In this document: piece by piece, positions 62,380 to 64,000 of the stretch
Numbering within the stretch: position 1 is the stretch's first letter
Layout of the letters: each line of letters opens with the position of its first letter
Notes under the pieces: model-generated
Told to the model about the DNA's origin: nothing
Seen by the model: only the letters and a program-made list of their open reading frames with translations
The model's database searches: none
NCBI GenBank assembly: GCA_035084275.1
Contig: CM068746.1
Coordinates: 41,726,001 to 41,790,000 of the forward strand
Direction of reading: 5' to 3'
DNA length: 64,000 bases
Origin: Hydrolagus colliei
Lineage: Eukaryota
Position numbers and translations under genes: made by a program

Positions 62380-62890
62380 GCTGAAGGCCAATGGTAGGAT
62401 AGAAAGGCTGGGGGACATGAAACAGGCCACAAGCTGCTGAGTGGAGGGACTGGACAGGTTGATATGGGGTTAAGAAGTAGCAGAGGTAGGAAAGGAGTAA
62501 GGTATTGGAGGACATTGAAGGCAAGGACAAGAATTCTGAACTCTATCTACTGGGGGGATGGGAAGCCATTGGAGCCGGGCGTTGGTTTTGTGATGAGGTC
62601 ACAGAGTCTGGTGCGGGAGAGGACACAAGCTGCAGAGTTCTGGATGATCTGCATTTGGGGGTCGGTGGGGGAAAGAAAGAGTTGGGAAGGCTGACAAGCA
62701 GTGGTTGGCGTAGTCAAGTCTAAATGTGATGAATGTGTGGATGAGGGTTTCCGTGGTGCGAGGCAGTGATGTAGCCTGGCAATGTGACAGACGCAGGAGA
62801 AGGCAGTGGGTCATGGCACAGATGTGGAACAGAAAGGACAGTTGAGAGTCAAACAAGATGCCACGGTTCCAAACTGGCTCGGTGAAGGGC
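62380..62890 (-). mobile_element. L2 LINE fragment
   Basis: GILFDSQLSF...ETLIHTFITFRLDYAN in ORF 62599..62919. Confidence 0.75.
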
Positions 62891-63279
62891 AGTGTGCATC
62901 TCCCCAACACCCCCCCCACCCCCCACCTCTCTCTCGCTCAACTGTACATGGAAAATCTGGAAGTCAGACCAATGTAAATTTCAATCATTAGTAAGAAGTA
63001 TTTTCATTTTTTTTTTTTTCCAGATACGCATTGAAAAAAAACTTGAAAAATTAAGCAGGCAGTATTGATCATTTATTATTAAAGTTTGGCAAAAAAAAGT
63101 TTTCCCCAAAATACAGACAGTAAACGAGCAGTTTATTACCCCCCCAGCACGCCCCCGCTCACACCATTTCCCAAAGCTGAACAAGAAACAGCATCGAACT
63201 CGGGAAGACAAGACACAACTCGCCATCAATGGGGAAAAAACACATATACACAAAAGGTTTTTTAAACCCAGTCTCACAG

Positions 63280-63985
63280 CCACACACACTGACCCCCACC
63301 CCACACACACACTCCCCCCACACACTCCCCTCCCCCCCCCACACCCCTCCCCACACGCACACACACTCCCCACTCACGCCCCCCCCCCCACACACTCTCC
63401 ACACACACTCCCCCCCCCACACACACACTCTCCACACACACTCCCCCCCCCCACACACACTCTCCCCCCCCCACACACACACTCCCCCCCCCCACACACA
63501 CACTCCCCCCCCCACACACACACTCTCCACACACACTCCCCCCCCCCACACACACACTCTCCCCCACACACACACACTCTCCACACACACTCCCCTCCCC
63601 CCCCCACACCCCTCCCCACACGCACACACACTCCCCACTCACGCCCCCCCCCCACACACTCTCCACACACACTCCCCCCCCCACACACACACTCTCCACA
63701 CACACTCCCCCCCCCCACACACACTCTCCCCCCCCCACACACACACTCCCCCCCCCCACACACACACTCCCCCCCCCCACACACACACTCTCCACACACA
63801 CTCCCCCCCCCACACACACACTCTCCCCCACACACACACACTCTCCACACACACTCTCCCCCCCCCACACACACACTCTCCACACACTCTCCCCCCCCCC
63901 CCCACACACTCTCCCCCCCACACACACATTCTCCCCCCCCTCCACCCCCACCCCCACACACACTCCCCTCCCCCCTCCACACTCA
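63280..63985. repeat. C/A-rich minisatellite (cacacacactcccccccc)n
   Basis: Directly visible, with higher-order repeats; gives spurious VCG-rich ORFs. Confidence 0.95.
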
Positions 63986-64000
63986 AACTCTCTTTCTGGA

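Noticed and set aside
62981-63986. Cys/Gly/Val-rich ORFs resembling keratin-associated proteins or metallothionein
   Set aside because: Open in all three frames of a simple repeat; homopolymer lengths vary without regard to frame.

Overview
Eukaryotic genomic DNA, vertebrate, most likely a cartilaginous fish and possibly a chimaera. The taxon is inferred from CR1 LINEs with (ATTCTATG)n tails, tRNA-headed SINEs with (TTA)n tails, and L2 and Penelope relics. Two spliced genes could be reconstructed by hand from GT-AG exons with consistent phases. (1) A minus-strand tubby-family gene, most similar to TULP3, has 11 core coding exons (47535 to 25655, 454 aa). Three mutually similar, in-frame phase-1 cassette exons also lie in its third intron. 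(2) A plus-strand secreted C-type lectin has 5 coding exons (10465-17250, 265 aa, 15 Cys), a Tyr/Pro-rich N-terminus and non-canonical EPL/WST motifs. A paralogous-looking signal-peptide exon points the other way at 276-348. The rest is repeat-rich: a young 5'-truncated CR1 carrying a locally templated 107-bp inverted duplication, three hAT elements with perfect 8-bp TSDs (two encode a BED finger), Tigger/pogo-type elements, many SINEs, simple repeats and one 145-N gap. Most ORFs in the supplied track are spurious. All alignments and family comparisons were done by eye and from memory, with no database search.
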